A stretch of DNA of 64,000 bases, taken from positions 64,001 through 128,000 of the forward strand of contig CAXBMO010000011.1 of assembly GCA_963977015.1 (NCBI GenBank), written 5' to 3'. Position numbers and translations under genes: made by a program. This DNA is from an uncultured bacterium (lineage in GTDB: Bacteria > Verrucomicrobiota > Verrucomicrobiia > Verrucomicrobiales > DEV007). The notes under the pieces were generated by a model. It searched no databases and was not told the DNA's origin. It saw nothing but the letters and a program-made list of their open reading frames with translations. Positions 27,826 through 37,273 of this stretch are shown piece by piece (the first letter of the stretch is position 1; each line of letters starts with the position of its first letter).

Positions 27826-29793
27826 TCAGGGCGTGAAATCCCAGAGGCGCATCAGGTCGTTCGCGATGAGTTCGGTGGAGAGTTCACCGTCGAGAAAAAG
27901 GGATGTGGAACCGGGGTGCGGTCGCAACGCACGCCATGCCCGGGTTTGTGATTCGGAATTCGCGATCCCGAGCACGGCGGGAAGGGCATTGATCCGCAAC
28001 GCCTCGATCACGTAAACGCCGGCGCTGGATCCAACCGTTTCGCGGGAGTGCTCATGCGGCTCGACAAAATGAAGATCGATGCCGTAGGGATTGAAGCGCT
28101 GATCGATCGTGTTCTGGACCAGATTGTTGAGTTGGTCGGTGTAGTCGATCAAAAAGTAATCCTTCCGCGTAGGTGAAAATCGGCGGAACTGGCCGTTCAC
28201 GTACGCTCCGCGATACTCCTCGAACGGGCTGAGCGCGTCGTCATCCTCCTCCCCGGAGGAATCTTTTTCGAACGCGTCCGCGATTCCGTTTCGATTGAAA
28301 TCGAGGGGAAAGTGTATCGCGACACCTTCTTCGATCGCGCCGGGATCTTTGACCTGAATCGGTTCCCAAAATCCATCCACGAGGACCTCGGCGCGAATCA
28401 CGCCACTGGCCGCCCAATCCTGGACACTGACCGTGGCCACGGTCGGATTCTGGATCTTCTTGGCGAGAACCGCGTTCGAAACCGGATTCGGAAGGCCGGA
28501 ACTGCGAACCGTGCCCTGGAGCGCGAAGCCCGGGTTGAGTTTCTGATCAAAATAGAGGTCCGACTCGGAGTCTTCCGGCGTTTCCTCGAATGTCCGGTAG
28601 GTTCGGTTCCATTTCAGCTCCGTTTCACCTTCCGTCAGCTTCACTGGGATGCTCTGGGCGACCGTGGCACGGGCTCCGTCCTCCAATTGGCGCAAATTCG
28701 CATTGATGGCAGCTCCGGGGTGGTTGGAAACCTGATCCAGAATCAGGCGAATGCCTTTGACGCGCTTCGGATCCTTGAGGTGGACCGCAAATCTGCGCGT
28801 CTCGCCGAACGTGGGCATCCAGGTTTCCGGGGAGCCGTCTTCGCAGGCAAGCCAGGCGACATCGGGCGGCTCACCAATCGCGAGACGCCAGGATGCGGTG
28901 ATCTTGGTGTCCGGAAAGCCGCCTTTCGTGTCCGTCGAGATGCTGGCGACACTGGTTTGCGTCGCCGTTCCACTCGCGAGAATCCGCCGGCCGGTGAGCG
29001 TGCTGACCGAGCGAACTTCCGAGTCCTCAAACATCAGGCGAGGGGGCAACAAATTGCTGTGAGTGACCTTTCCGGTTCCAGCCGCGCCTCCAATTCGCAA
29101 ATCCAGCGGCAAACTGTAGTCGCGCTCGGACTTTGATACCCGGGGGGGAGCGTCTTTCGAAGTGCTGGGCGAAGTCGTGTTCCGCGTTTCCACCACTTTG
29201 GAATTCGCGACATGGTCGATCGACAACCCCGGCGGGGTGGTGACGGGAAGCGCGCTGAGGCGAATTTCGATGACCGGCTCGGACTCGTGTTCTTCGATGA
29301 TGCGGATGGAAAGGGGACACAACGTCGCGGCCCGGCGAAAACGTTCTTCCTGCTCCAGTTTGGCGAGAAATTCGGGATCGATTTTGTCGGATTTCGTGAA
29401 ATCCCCGAGGTCGATCTGGGATGGATCGATCGAAACCGTCGATTGTTGGTCCAGCTTGGCCTGAATGTCGGTTTTGGTGAACCAGCCGTTCCCGTAGTCG
29501 ACCGGGATCGCCTGAAAGGTCGCTTTTTGGGTTCCGCCCGCCGTGATTTGGATCTGGAGCGGCAACAGCGTCCGCACGTGCTGCCTGCCGCCGGGCGATT
29601 GGCGAATCTGCTGATAAAAGTCGGAAGCGGTGATTTCCAGCTTCCCGCTGCCGTCGTTCACCTCAATTTGAAGCCGGCCACCACGAACGGATTCAAAACC
29701 GGTGGAAGCCAGTCCCACCGTGTTCTGGGCGCAAGCGAATTGCCCCGCAAGCAGGGCAAAAACAACAGAATACAGCACCCGGTGATCGATCAT
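27826..29793 (-). CDS. Hypothetical secreted protein
   Basis: Signal peptide (MIDHRVLYSVVFALLAGQFACA), beta-rich body and an acidic motif PLDFNRNGIAD...EEYRG...KDYF. Confidence 0.7.
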   Translation of the reverse strand: MIDHRVLYSVVFALLAGQFACAQNTVGLASTGFESVRGGRLQIEVNDGSGKLEITASDFYQQIRQSPGGRQHVRTLLPLQIQITAGGTQKATFQAIPVDYGNGWFTKTDIQAKLDQQSTVSIDPSQIDLGDFTKSDKIDPEFLAKLEQEERFRRAATLCPLSIRIIEEHESEPVIEIRLSALPVTTPPGLSIDHVANSKVVETRNTTSPSTSKDAPPRVSKSERDYSLPLDLRIGGAAGTGKVTHSNLLPPRLMFEDSEVRSVSTLTGRRILASGTATQTSVASISTDTKGGFPDTKITASWRLAIGEPPDVAWLACEDGSPETWMPTFGETRRFAVHLKDPKRVKGIRLILDQVSNHPGAAINANLRQLEDGARATVAQSIPVKLTEGETELKWNRTYRTFEETPEDSESDLYFDQKLNPGFALQGTVRSSGLPNPVSNAVLAKKIQNPTVATVSVQDWAASGVIRAEVLVDGFWEPIQVKDPGAIEEGVAIHFPLDFNRNGIADAFEKDSSGEEDDDALSPFEEYRGAYVNGQFRRFSPTRKDYFLIDYTDQLNNLVQNTIDQRFNPYGIDLHFVEPHEHSRETVGSSAGVYVIEALRINALPAVLGIANSESQTRAWRALRPHPGSTSLFLDGELSTELIANDLMRLWDFTP

Positions 29794-29952
29794 GGGGCGG
29801 AACAGGTACGGTTTATGCTCCGCAACGGCAAGTGAAATGCCAAATCCAAGCACCCGAAAACAGGATTGATGGACGGTGACCGTTTCGGTTATCCTGAATA
29901 TCGACTTCACTTTCGGGCGTCAAATTGAGAACCTATTACCCAAATCAATGTT

Positions 29953-30630
29953 ATGCGTTTAGTGCCACAAAGTTGCCGGACTCGTCTTCAACCCCGTGAT
30001 TTTGACTTCATTGCGAAGGTCCTCACGGGAACGAGACCATCCCAAACCGATGCGATTTTCGAGTTGATGTGCGACTCGGATTCCCTCAACTCGCTCCTGG
30101 ATCACAAACAACTTTGGAACGCGATTCTCCACCTCAAACAGCCCGTCACGATTACGCCGGAGTTGTATTTCTACGTTCTGGTGCGCCAGGCCCTGCTGGA
30201 GGCGGGAATTGATCATTTGGAGCTGGCCGATTACATCGCCGCGACCCTTGCCGATCACGCCACGGGTTCCTCGGCTCATACCGGTGAATTGTCATTCAAC
30301 GACGCCTTCTATCACGTGGATTTCATCGAGGCGATGCATTCCGCCAGCCCCGCCGAGCAATTCTATCTTCACGTCCGCTGCGGAAACCAGTTCATGGTTC
30401 TGACGGGACTGTTTCCCCGCTTTCTCGCGCGGAGGGAAGAGCGGAAAGGTGCTCCGGGAGTGCTTTACTATGAAGGAGTTGCGCGGGATTCGTTTCGAAC
30501 GGCTGGAGGGCACCCTCTCGCCAACGAATTTGCGCTCGACGAAGTCTATCACTTGCTCGCCGAGGAGTTTCCGAGGACTCGCAAGGTGCTCAATCGCCTC
30601 GCCCAGGAATACCTGTTCCTGGGAGCGTGA
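29953..30630 (+). CDS. Conserved hypothetical protein
   Basis: 225-aa ATG ORF with coding-like composition and a GN....TGLFP......R....YY pattern. Confidence 0.7.
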   Translation: MRLVPQSCRTRLQPRDFDFIAKVLTGTRPSQTDAIFELMCDSDSLNSLLDHKQLWNAILHLKQPVTITPELYFYVLVRQALLEAGIDHLELADYIAATLADHATGSSAHTGELSFNDAFYHVDFIEAMHSASPAEQFYLHVRCGNQFMVLTGLFPRFLARREERKGAPGVLYYEGVARDSFRTAGGHPLANEFALDEVYHLLAEEFPRTRKVLNRLAQEYLFLGA

Positions 30631-30692
30631 GCACTCGGCCAGGTGGCCGATTTGAAGAAAAACGCGCGTTGGTGACGTGTAATAAGTACTGA

Positions 30693-30712
30693 AATGTCAT
30701 TTTTTTGACATT
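30693..30712. promoter_or_regulatory. Palindromic operator AATGTCA-N6-TGACATT
   Basis: Perfect 7-bp inverted repeat in the intergenic region, overlapping a TTGACA hexamer. Confidence 0.55.
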
Positions 30713-30805
30713 CGACCTAACATTTTTTTCGTCACCACGTTAAAACCGGTGGGTTCTACTCGCCTGTCGAGGAGGATCGTTCGGAAAACCCTATCTCAAC
30801 CATTC

Positions 30806-33316
30806 ATGTCCGCCATCATCAATGCTCTCCGCAATGCGTTGGATTCTGACCCGGCAAGCTGGACGAATCGGTTGGCGCTCATCGAAGCTTTTCTGAACGA
30901 AGGGCAACCAAATGAGGCGATTGGAGTGCTGAACGAGGTTGAAGCCCTCCCGGAAGACGCGGATTCCCTGCTCATTGCCGCCAAGGCCTATGCCCTGGTT
31001 GGTTCGGAAGACGCCGGGAATCTGGTCGATGCGGTTTTGCAGGTGGATCCGAATCACGCCCAAGCGCATTTGACGATGGCCTTTATTGCTCATCGCGCGG
31101 GAAACCCCGCCGTGGCCGGTGAACATTTTGCGAAAGCAAAGACGCTGGATCCTTCCGCGACGGATCCGGACTTGGAGGCGGTTTACGGTTCCGCCCCGGC
31201 GGAAGCTGAGCCGATGGTCGCCCAGATCATCGATGAACCGTTGGATGGAGATGCGGAAGAGGTGATGGAAGCGGCCATCGCCGAGCCGGTTGTGGAATCA
31301 GCCGCGGTGGTTCCCGTCCAAGCTCCGAAACTGGTGCCGCCGGTCAGGTCGGAAGATCCTGAAGCGCACGCTGCGGTGGAGCACCTGAAAGCGTATGAGG
31401 AGGCTCAAAAACTGGCGGTCGAACGCGCGCGACGGCGGGATAAGATCAATTCGCTCTTTATCACGCTGGTGATGCACATCGGCGTGGTGGTGCTTCTCGG
31501 GTTGGTGGTGATGGCGGTTCCCATTGCTGAACCACCCAAGATTCAGGCCGTAACGGCTCCATCCGCAGAGGAAACCATGTTGGAACCCGACAAAGTGGTG
31601 AAGCACGTTCCGCGAAGCCCCACTTCAGCTTCCAACGCGATGCCGGACGTCCTTGCCGCGTTCAATACGTCTGACGTCGCCGTTCCGACGATGAAATTGG
31701 ATTCGACCCAACCTCCCGCCGATTTCGGGATGTACATGGGACCGCCGATGAGTTTTGGGATGTCGGGAGCGAGCGGCGGAGAAGCGATGATTTTCGGCAT
31801 GAAAGTGGAGGGCGACAAGTTGGGCGTGATTCTCGATGTTTCCGGATCGATGGCCGAATATCTCCCGCTCGTGATTCGGGAAGTGGATCGCAATTTCGAC
31901 AATGCCCCGATCGTTTACATCAACAACGCGTTGGTTCGTCCCGGTGGTAGTGAATCCATTGTTCAGCCCGTCGTTGAAGAAGATGTTGTTCCCAGCCGCG
32001 ATGGCCGGGCCACTCCGTATTGGTTTCTGTGGGGGGATTTGCCGCGCAAGGCTCCTCAACGCAGCGTCGACCGGCTCATTAATATTTTCAAAACCCGGCC
32101 CAACACCTTCCTCGCCGTGGGCGGGCACAATCGATTCACGGCGGCGATGGATCACCTGATGAGCCAAAAGATCGATGCGCTGTACGTGTTCAGCGATTTC
32201 GAGGATTTCGTCGATGAGGAAATCGCTGAGGAGTACGGGCAAAAGCTCGGGCGAAACAAGGTCAAAACCTACGTCCAGCCGGCCGAGCAGAAGACCGAAT
32301 ACCTGGGCATTGTCACCAATAAGATCGCGAATCGCAGCAAGGGCCGGCAAATGCCGAGTTTGGTTGCCATGCTCTCCAAGCTGAACGGCAACGATCCGTC
32401 GGACGACACGCCGCCGAGTCTCCCGATGACGCCGATTGCGGAAGGGGCGGTGAACTACGGGACTGGTCGCGCCGAGCGCGAAACGGCGGGGGTTTACGCG
32501 TTTCGTCCCAACAGCCGCTGGGAGAAAAAGCAGATCGCGGTTTTGGAGCAACCCAACTACGACGTGGTGTTTTATGGGCCTGAGGCTCGTGCGCAGATCT
32601 TCATGAAAACCTCGGAGGGCTACATCCAGTATCCCATCACATTTGGTTACCATAGTTGGAAGAAGGATCCGGATCCGAAAGCACTCCACGAGTATCGCTG
32701 GCGCAAGTTTCTTCGCGTCCGTGAGGAGCCCAAGCTGGTGAATGGCGAGATTTCCTGGAAGATGGTTCTCGAGGACGAGATTAACTTCGACGTCACGCTC
32801 GAGCTGGAAAGCAAGGGGATGCGGGCTACCTACATTGCTGAGCCTCCTCCCAATGGCGAAAACGACAGTGCGTTTGTCTACTTCAATGTCCCGCCGATCG
32901 CGAAGGAAAGTAAGGACATGTATTACGGTTATGACTACCCGGATGGGCTGACTCTCGATCAGATTCGCAGGGTCGTTTCGGTCAACAACGCCATGTTCAA
33001 CCTGTCCAGTTCGGTCAAGGATCGTTATGAAAACAGTTGGAACCAGATCGGGTTCAAATCCGGCCAGAATGAACGGACGTTTGGAGAACTCGTTCGCCAG
33101 CTTCCCAGTGGAATTCGCGATGTAAAGGTTTGGGGGCCATCCTTCGGTCCCCGCGTCTTCCATGCGCGGACGACGAGCAACAAGGTCCATCTCTCCGGCA
33201 GGCTGCATCGGGCGGACGCCGAGTTGTGGGAAGGATTCCAGTGTCGTTTGGTTCGTCCCCGGGATACGCGAACGCGGATCACCAAAACGGAGTCGATCTC
33301 GATCATGATTGAGTAA
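30806..33316 (+). CDS. TPR - transmembrane - vWA-like domain protein
   Basis: N-terminal TPRs (VLQVDPNHAQAHL), one TM helix, a Pro-rich linker, a MIDAS-like ILDVSGSM motif and YVFSD. Confidence 0.7.
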   Translation: MSAIINALRNALDSDPASWTNRLALIEAFLNEGQPNEAIGVLNEVEALPEDADSLLIAAKAYALVGSEDAGNLVDAVLQVDPNHAQAHLTMAFIAHRAGNPAVAGEHFAKAKTLDPSATDPDLEAVYGSAPAEAEPMVAQIIDEPLDGDAEEVMEAAIAEPVVESAAVVPVQAPKLVPPVRSEDPEAHAAVEHLKAYEEAQKLAVERARRRDKINSLFITLVMHIGVVVLLGLVVMAVPIAEPPKIQAVTAPSAEETMLEPDKVVKHVPRSPTSASNAMPDVLAAFNTSDVAVPTMKLDSTQPPADFGMYMGPPMSFGMSGASGGEAMIFGMKVEGDKLGVILDVSGSMAEYLPLVIREVDRNFDNAPIVYINNALVRPGGSESIVQPVVEEDVVPSRDGRATPYWFLWGDLPRKAPQRSVDRLINIFKTRPNTFLAVGGHNRFTAAMDHLMSQKIDALYVFSDFEDFVDEEIAEEYGQKLGRNKVKTYVQPAEQKTEYLGIVTNKIANRSKGRQMPSLVAMLSKLNGNDPSDDTPPSLPMTPIAEGAVNYGTGRAERETAGVYAFRPNSRWEKKQIAVLEQPNYDVVFYGPEARAQIFMKTSEGYIQYPITFGYHSWKKDPDPKALHEYRWRKFLRVREEPKLVNGEISWKMVLEDEINFDVTLELESKGMRATYIAEPPPNGENDSAFVYFNVPPIAKESKDMYYGYDYPDGLTLDQIRRVVSVNNAMFNLSSSVKDRYENSWNQIGFKSGQNERTFGELVRQLPSGIRDVKVWGPSFGPRVFHARTTSNKVHLSGRLHRADAELWEGFQCRLVRPRDTRTRITKTESISIMIE

Positions 33317-33349
33317 GGACATTGCCGCGGTTCAGGATTATAGGAGCCG

Positions 33350-34597
33350 ATGCCATTTTCTTCCTTTGGTCTAGCTCCCGATCTGGAGCAGGCCGTCAGT
33401 CAATACGGAGCTCCGACGCCGGTCCAGAGTGCTGCCATTCCCGTTGTGCTCGCCGGAGGTGATCTTTTGGCGACTGCCCAAACTGGTTCCGGCAAGACGG
33501 CGGCTTTTGTGCTGCCGCTGATTCAGCGTTGGCTCAATTGCGACCCGAAGAGTCGGCGACCGATGCACACCTTGATCCTGGTTCCGACTCGCGAACTGGC
33601 CGCGCAGGTCAGGGAGGTCGTACAAGAGCTGTCTGTTCATCTTTCGGAACGTATAAAGGTCGTCAGTGCCGTTGGTGGAGTTTCGATCAATCCTCAGATG
33701 ATGGCCCTGCGTGGCGGTGCTGATTTTGTGGTGGCAACGCCTGGCCGGCTTCTCGATCTGGTGGATCAAAACGCGGTCAAGCTGGGCGGAGTCCGGGCGC
33801 TTGTCTTGGATGAGGCGGATCGCATGCTCGACCTGGGGTTCGCGGATGAACTTTCCCGAATCCTTTCACGGTTGCCTCTCGCTCGCCAGAACTTGATGTT
33901 TTCGGCCACCTTTCCGAGTGAGGTTGAAGCCATGGCCCAGAGTCTGCTTCGTGAACCGGCTCGGATTCAGATCGATTCAGATTCTCAGGACGTTCCTGAC
34001 ATCAACGAGCGTGCCATTCGAGTCGATTCGAAGAGCCGAACCCCATTGCTTCGTCATCTCATCAAGGAAGAAGGCTGGACGCGTGCGTTGGTCTTTGTGG
34101 CCAAGCAATACACGGCAGATCACGTTGCCGACAAGCTGCAGCGCAATGGGATCAATTCGCTTGCGTTCCATGGAGATCTTAGTCATGGCGCCCGCCGCGA
34201 CGCCCTGAACGACTTCAAAGACTCAACGATCCAGGTCCTCGTCGCCACGGACCTCGCAGCTCGGGGGCTCGACATCGAGCAACTTCCCGTCGTCATCAAC
34301 TACGACCTCCCGCGTTCGGCGGTGGACTACACGCATCGCATTGGGCGAACGGGGCGAGCGGGCGAGCCTGGGGTTGCAATCAGCTTTGTGACGGCCGAGT
34401 CGCATGCCCATTTTGACCTGATCGAAAGACGCCACCAATTGAGATTGGCCCGGGAGCAAATTTCAGGTTTTGAGCCAACGGAGCTTCCGCCTCCGGCAGC
34501 GCCGGGAACGGGCGGGATCAAAGGCCGTCGCAAAAGCAAAAAAGACAAACTGCGGGAAGCGGCGGCTCGAAAAGAAGGCGAAGAGCGAAACTCGTAG
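33350..34597 (+). CDS. DEAD-box RNA helicase (RhlE-like)
   Basis: Motifs AQTGSGKT, PTRELA, TPGRL, DEAD, SAT, ARGLD and HRIGRTGRAG. Confidence 0.95.
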   Translation: MPFSSFGLAPDLEQAVSQYGAPTPVQSAAIPVVLAGGDLLATAQTGSGKTAAFVLPLIQRWLNCDPKSRRPMHTLILVPTRELAAQVREVVQELSVHLSERIKVVSAVGGVSINPQMMALRGGADFVVATPGRLLDLVDQNAVKLGGVRALVLDEADRMLDLGFADELSRILSRLPLARQNLMFSATFPSEVEAMAQSLLREPARIQIDSDSQDVPDINERAIRVDSKSRTPLLRHLIKEEGWTRALVFVAKQYTADHVADKLQRNGINSLAFHGDLSHGARRDALNDFKDSTIQVLVATDLAARGLDIEQLPVVINYDLPRSAVDYTHRIGRTGRAGEPGVAISFVTAESHAHFDLIERRHQLRLAREQISGFEPTELPPPAAPGTGGIKGRRKSKKDKLREAAARKEGEERNS

Positions 34598-34621
34598 GGG
34601 GCGTTGCTGACAGCAGGGTTC

Positions 34622-35221
34622 TCAGCCACCCATCGAAACGGCTTTTTCAATGAAGTTGAGAACCTCGACCCGGCCCTTCTTGTTCTTGGTTGAACATGTG
34701 AGAATGGCCGGCGTGCCATCGCAACGTTCGGCAAGCGCTTCCTTGAACTTCGCGATGTTCTTTTTGAGGGGAGCTTCTTTCACCTTGTCCGTTTTCGTGA
34801 AAATCAGCGCAAACGGGATTTGGGATTGGACGACCCATTCCACAAAATCCAGATCCAGGGTTTGCGGCGGGATCTTGCCATCAATCAAAATGAAGACGCA
34901 GATCAGGTTGTCGCGATTGGTAAGGTACTCCGACACGAACTCGTTGAACGCCCTTTGATCCGAAGCCGACCGCTTGGCGTAGCCGTAGCCGGGTAGATCG
35001 ACCAGGCTCCAAGCATTGTTGATCAGAAAGAAGTTGATCAGTTTGGTGGCACCCGGTGTTGATGAAACCTTGGCAAGACCATTGCGCTCTGCCAACAGAT
35101 TGATGAGGGAAGACTTCCCCACGTTGGAACGCCCGATGAATGCCATCTCCCCGAACTCAAAGTCCGGGCAGGAATCAAGATCCGTGGCGCTCTTGATGAA
35201 TTCGGCGGAAGTGATTCTCAT
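34622..35221 (-). CDS. engB: Ribosome biogenesis GTPase YsxC/EngB
   Basis: Motifs GRSNVGKSSLIN, DLPGYGYAK and TKTDK. Confidence 0.95.
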   Translation of the reverse strand: MRITSAEFIKSATDLDSCPDFEFGEMAFIGRSNVGKSSLINLLAERNGLAKVSSTPGATKLINFFLINNAWSLVDLPGYGYAKRSASDQRAFNEFVSEYLTNRDNLICVFILIDGKIPPQTLDLDFVEWVVQSQIPFALIFTKTDKVKEAPLKKNIAKFKEALAERCDGTPAILTCSTKNKKGRVEVLNFIEKAVSMGG

Positions 35222-35281
35222 GCGAAAGGGCTTATTCGCCCGCACGGACCGACAAGCTACTAAGAAATGGAACTTTGTGGC

Positions 35282-36016
35282 TCAGCCCTTTCGATTCCAG
35301 ATACTGGCTTGAGCGACGGTCCATTGGAATTTGCGGCGATGCTCCCGGATGAGAAATGGCATCTCTTTGCTGGAAACGAAATCGAACGCCTCGTGCAGAT
35401 TCTCTTTGAGGAAATCCAGGGTCGAGCCTTCCGGCCAGTTTTCACGGGGAGTGAACTCGTCCATCCAGGTGCAGGGAGTCGTGAAAACCAGTTGGCCACC
35501 TGGATTGACCAATTCCGGAAGTCGAGCCAGGAACTTTTTTGGCGCGGTCAGGCGGCAAAGCAGGTTCGCCGCGTGAACCAGATCAAAGTTGCCGAGATCA
35601 TCGCGCAGATTCATCGCGTCACCTTGCTCAAAACTCACCGCATCCACCTTCGCGCCGTCCGGTCGTTCGGCGGTTTGATGAGTCCAGACGTTTCCCTCCT
35701 CGAGTCGCTCGTAAGCGAGGCGGCCCGTTGAGCGAATCGCTTCCGCAGCATCGACAAAGGCCTGTGAGTAGTCGATTCCAATCACTTCGGAGCAGCGCTT
35801 GGAAAGTTCAAAGCTGGAACGACCGACCGCGCATCCAACGTCCAGGGCTCTGGCCGAGCCGGCGACGCGATCCCAGTCGAACGTTGTTTCCACCGTCCGA
35901 ACCGCGAAATTCAGAGCCGGCTTCGGGCCAAATTCCCATTCCAGAATCTCGTCTCCAGATCCGTAGTGGAAAAGCAGGTATTCGTTCAGCAGCTTGTTCG
36001 ATTCGTAGACGTTCAC
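35282..36016 (-). CDS. Stand-alone methyltransferase resembling the OvoA C-terminal (mercaptohistidine N-methyltransferase) domain
   Basis: Motifs YES...LNEYLLFHYG, ALDVGCAVGRSSFEL, QGDAMNL, ANLLCRL, W..EFTPRENW and IREH.RKFQ. GTG start inferred. Confidence 0.8.
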   Translation of the reverse strand: MNVYESNKLLNEYLLFHYGSGDEILEWEFGPKPALNFAVRTVETTFDWDRVAGSARALDVGCAVGRSSFELSKRCSEVIGIDYSQAFVDAAEAIRSTGRLAYERLEEGNVWTHQTAERPDGAKVDAVSFEQGDAMNLRDDLGNFDLVHAANLLCRLTAPKKFLARLPELVNPGGQLVFTTPCTWMDEFTPRENWPEGSTLDFLKENLHEAFDFVSSKEMPFLIREHRRKFQWTVAQASIWNRKG

Positions 36017-36024
36017 CCTGCCGA

Positions 36025-37182
36025 CTACAGGCTCAAAAGTGGCGCTGGCAAGAGGAAAGCATGCTGTTCCAGGAGACTCGCCGCCCCTGACCAACTGAAA
36101 TACTGCATGAGGAACACCCAAAAGGCATAGGCGAAGGCGATCGGAAGAATCGCGACCCGGCTGATCCAGCGAAAGAGCCCGAAGGCGGGTTCCGGTGAAC
36201 TCGCCGCGCGCCCCATCGCCCAACCGGAGAGAAGGCGCGCCGGTAGGATGGAGATGACGAAAAACAATCCCGGAAGCCAGGCGAGTTCCTGGGGCGTCAT
36301 CTCGACTTTGAGAAGATAAAGCGGCATCGCAAAAAGAACGGTGATGAACATGGCGAGCCAAAACGCGAAGGGAGCCTTCCGAAAGTGAGCCCGAACTTCG
36401 CCAAGCTCAAAGAGACACCGAAATCGACCCTGCTGCGCAAAATGAGCCTGGAGAAAGGGAACGTAGACCACGGCGATCGTCAGTCCCAGGATGCCGATGA
36501 GCGAGAGAACGAATCCTGGTCCTTTCGGCAGTTGTCCCGCAATCATCAAAATGCCAACCGGCAACGCGAGCCAAGCCAGACCGCCAACGAAGCCGCGTGC
36601 CCCGAGCCAGAAATAGTGCGGCAATCGCAGGCTGTTCAGGTAATTCATGACACCATCCCGCAGGCGCTGAAACTTGCCGGGTTCGTGGAGCAGCCAGCGT
36701 TTGAAGTGTTTCGGTGAGGGCCAGAGAAAATGGTTCGTGCGTCCGCCGCGAATACAGGCCCAGCCGATGTGGCCCAGCGCCAGAATCGAAAAGAGAATCA
36801 TGAGGACGAGCATGAATCGAGTCGTCCCGCTGGCGGGATCAATCAGTTGGGCGTCCTTCCAAAGGCTGGAGACAAACCGCAGGGGCAGGAGCGCCAACCA
36901 GCTGAAAATTGCGATGCTGCCGAGGATCGACGCCTTGCGGATGCCGACGAAGCCATGGCGGAGCTTGCCGGTTCGCGCAACCCGGCCGCTGCACTCCAAC
37001 ATATACCCCAGGCTCAAGAAGTTGAGGATGGGAATCGCCGCCACGACCGCCAATCCAACGAGAATGGCTGCGAGCCCGAACATCCAGTCCAGTCCGGAAA
37101 CCACGCCTTTCCACGCTCGAGCCCAGGCGGTCGCGCTTTCCTCGGATTCGAGCAAGGGGAGGGGTGGTGGTTCAGCAATCAT
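36025..37182 (-). CDS. Multi-pass membrane protein (DUF4013-like)
   Basis: IPILNFLSLGY.L pattern and about 8 TM helices. Start at 37182 (MIAEPPP) or 37215. Confidence 0.65.
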   Translation of the reverse strand: MIAEPPPLPLLESEESATAWARAWKGVVSGLDWMFGLAAILVGLAVVAAIPILNFLSLGYMLECSGRVARTGKLRHGFVGIRKASILGSIAIFSWLALLPLRFVSSLWKDAQLIDPASGTTRFMLVLMILFSILALGHIGWACIRGGRTNHFLWPSPKHFKRWLLHEPGKFQRLRDGVMNYLNSLRLPHYFWLGARGFVGGLAWLALPVGILMIAGQLPKGPGFVLSLIGILGLTIAVVYVPFLQAHFAQQGRFRCLFELGEVRAHFRKAPFAFWLAMFITVLFAMPLYLLKVEMTPQELAWLPGLFFVISILPARLLSGWAMGRAASSPEPAFGLFRWISRVAILPIAFAYAFWVFLMQYFSWSGAASLLEQHAFLLPAPLLSL

Positions 37183-37196
37183 CTGCACATCTGGCC

Positions 37197-37265
37197 TAGA
37201 CCCGGCTCTTGCCATTGTGGTTACATTTTGGCAAAGTGTAACCGATCATGGCACACCTTGGTCAT
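37197..37265. promoter_or_regulatory. Back-to-back ECF-sigma-like promoters (TGTAACC-N17-GTC on both strands)
   Basis: GGTTACA (37219-37225) and TGTAACC (37237-37243); each is followed after 17 nt by GTC on its own strand. Confidence 0.45.
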
Positions 37266-37273
37266 ACATTACA

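Noticed and set aside
31625-33322. 565-aa minus-strand ORF
   Set aside because: Shadow of the TPR-vWA gene.
36017-36361. Extended N-terminus of the methyltransferase ORF
   Set aside because: It overlaps the upstream gene out of frame; family similarity begins at the GTG at 36016.
36674-37273. N-terminal extension of the 755-aa ORF
   Set aside because: It overlaps the opposite-strand membrane gene; the real start is most likely 37274.
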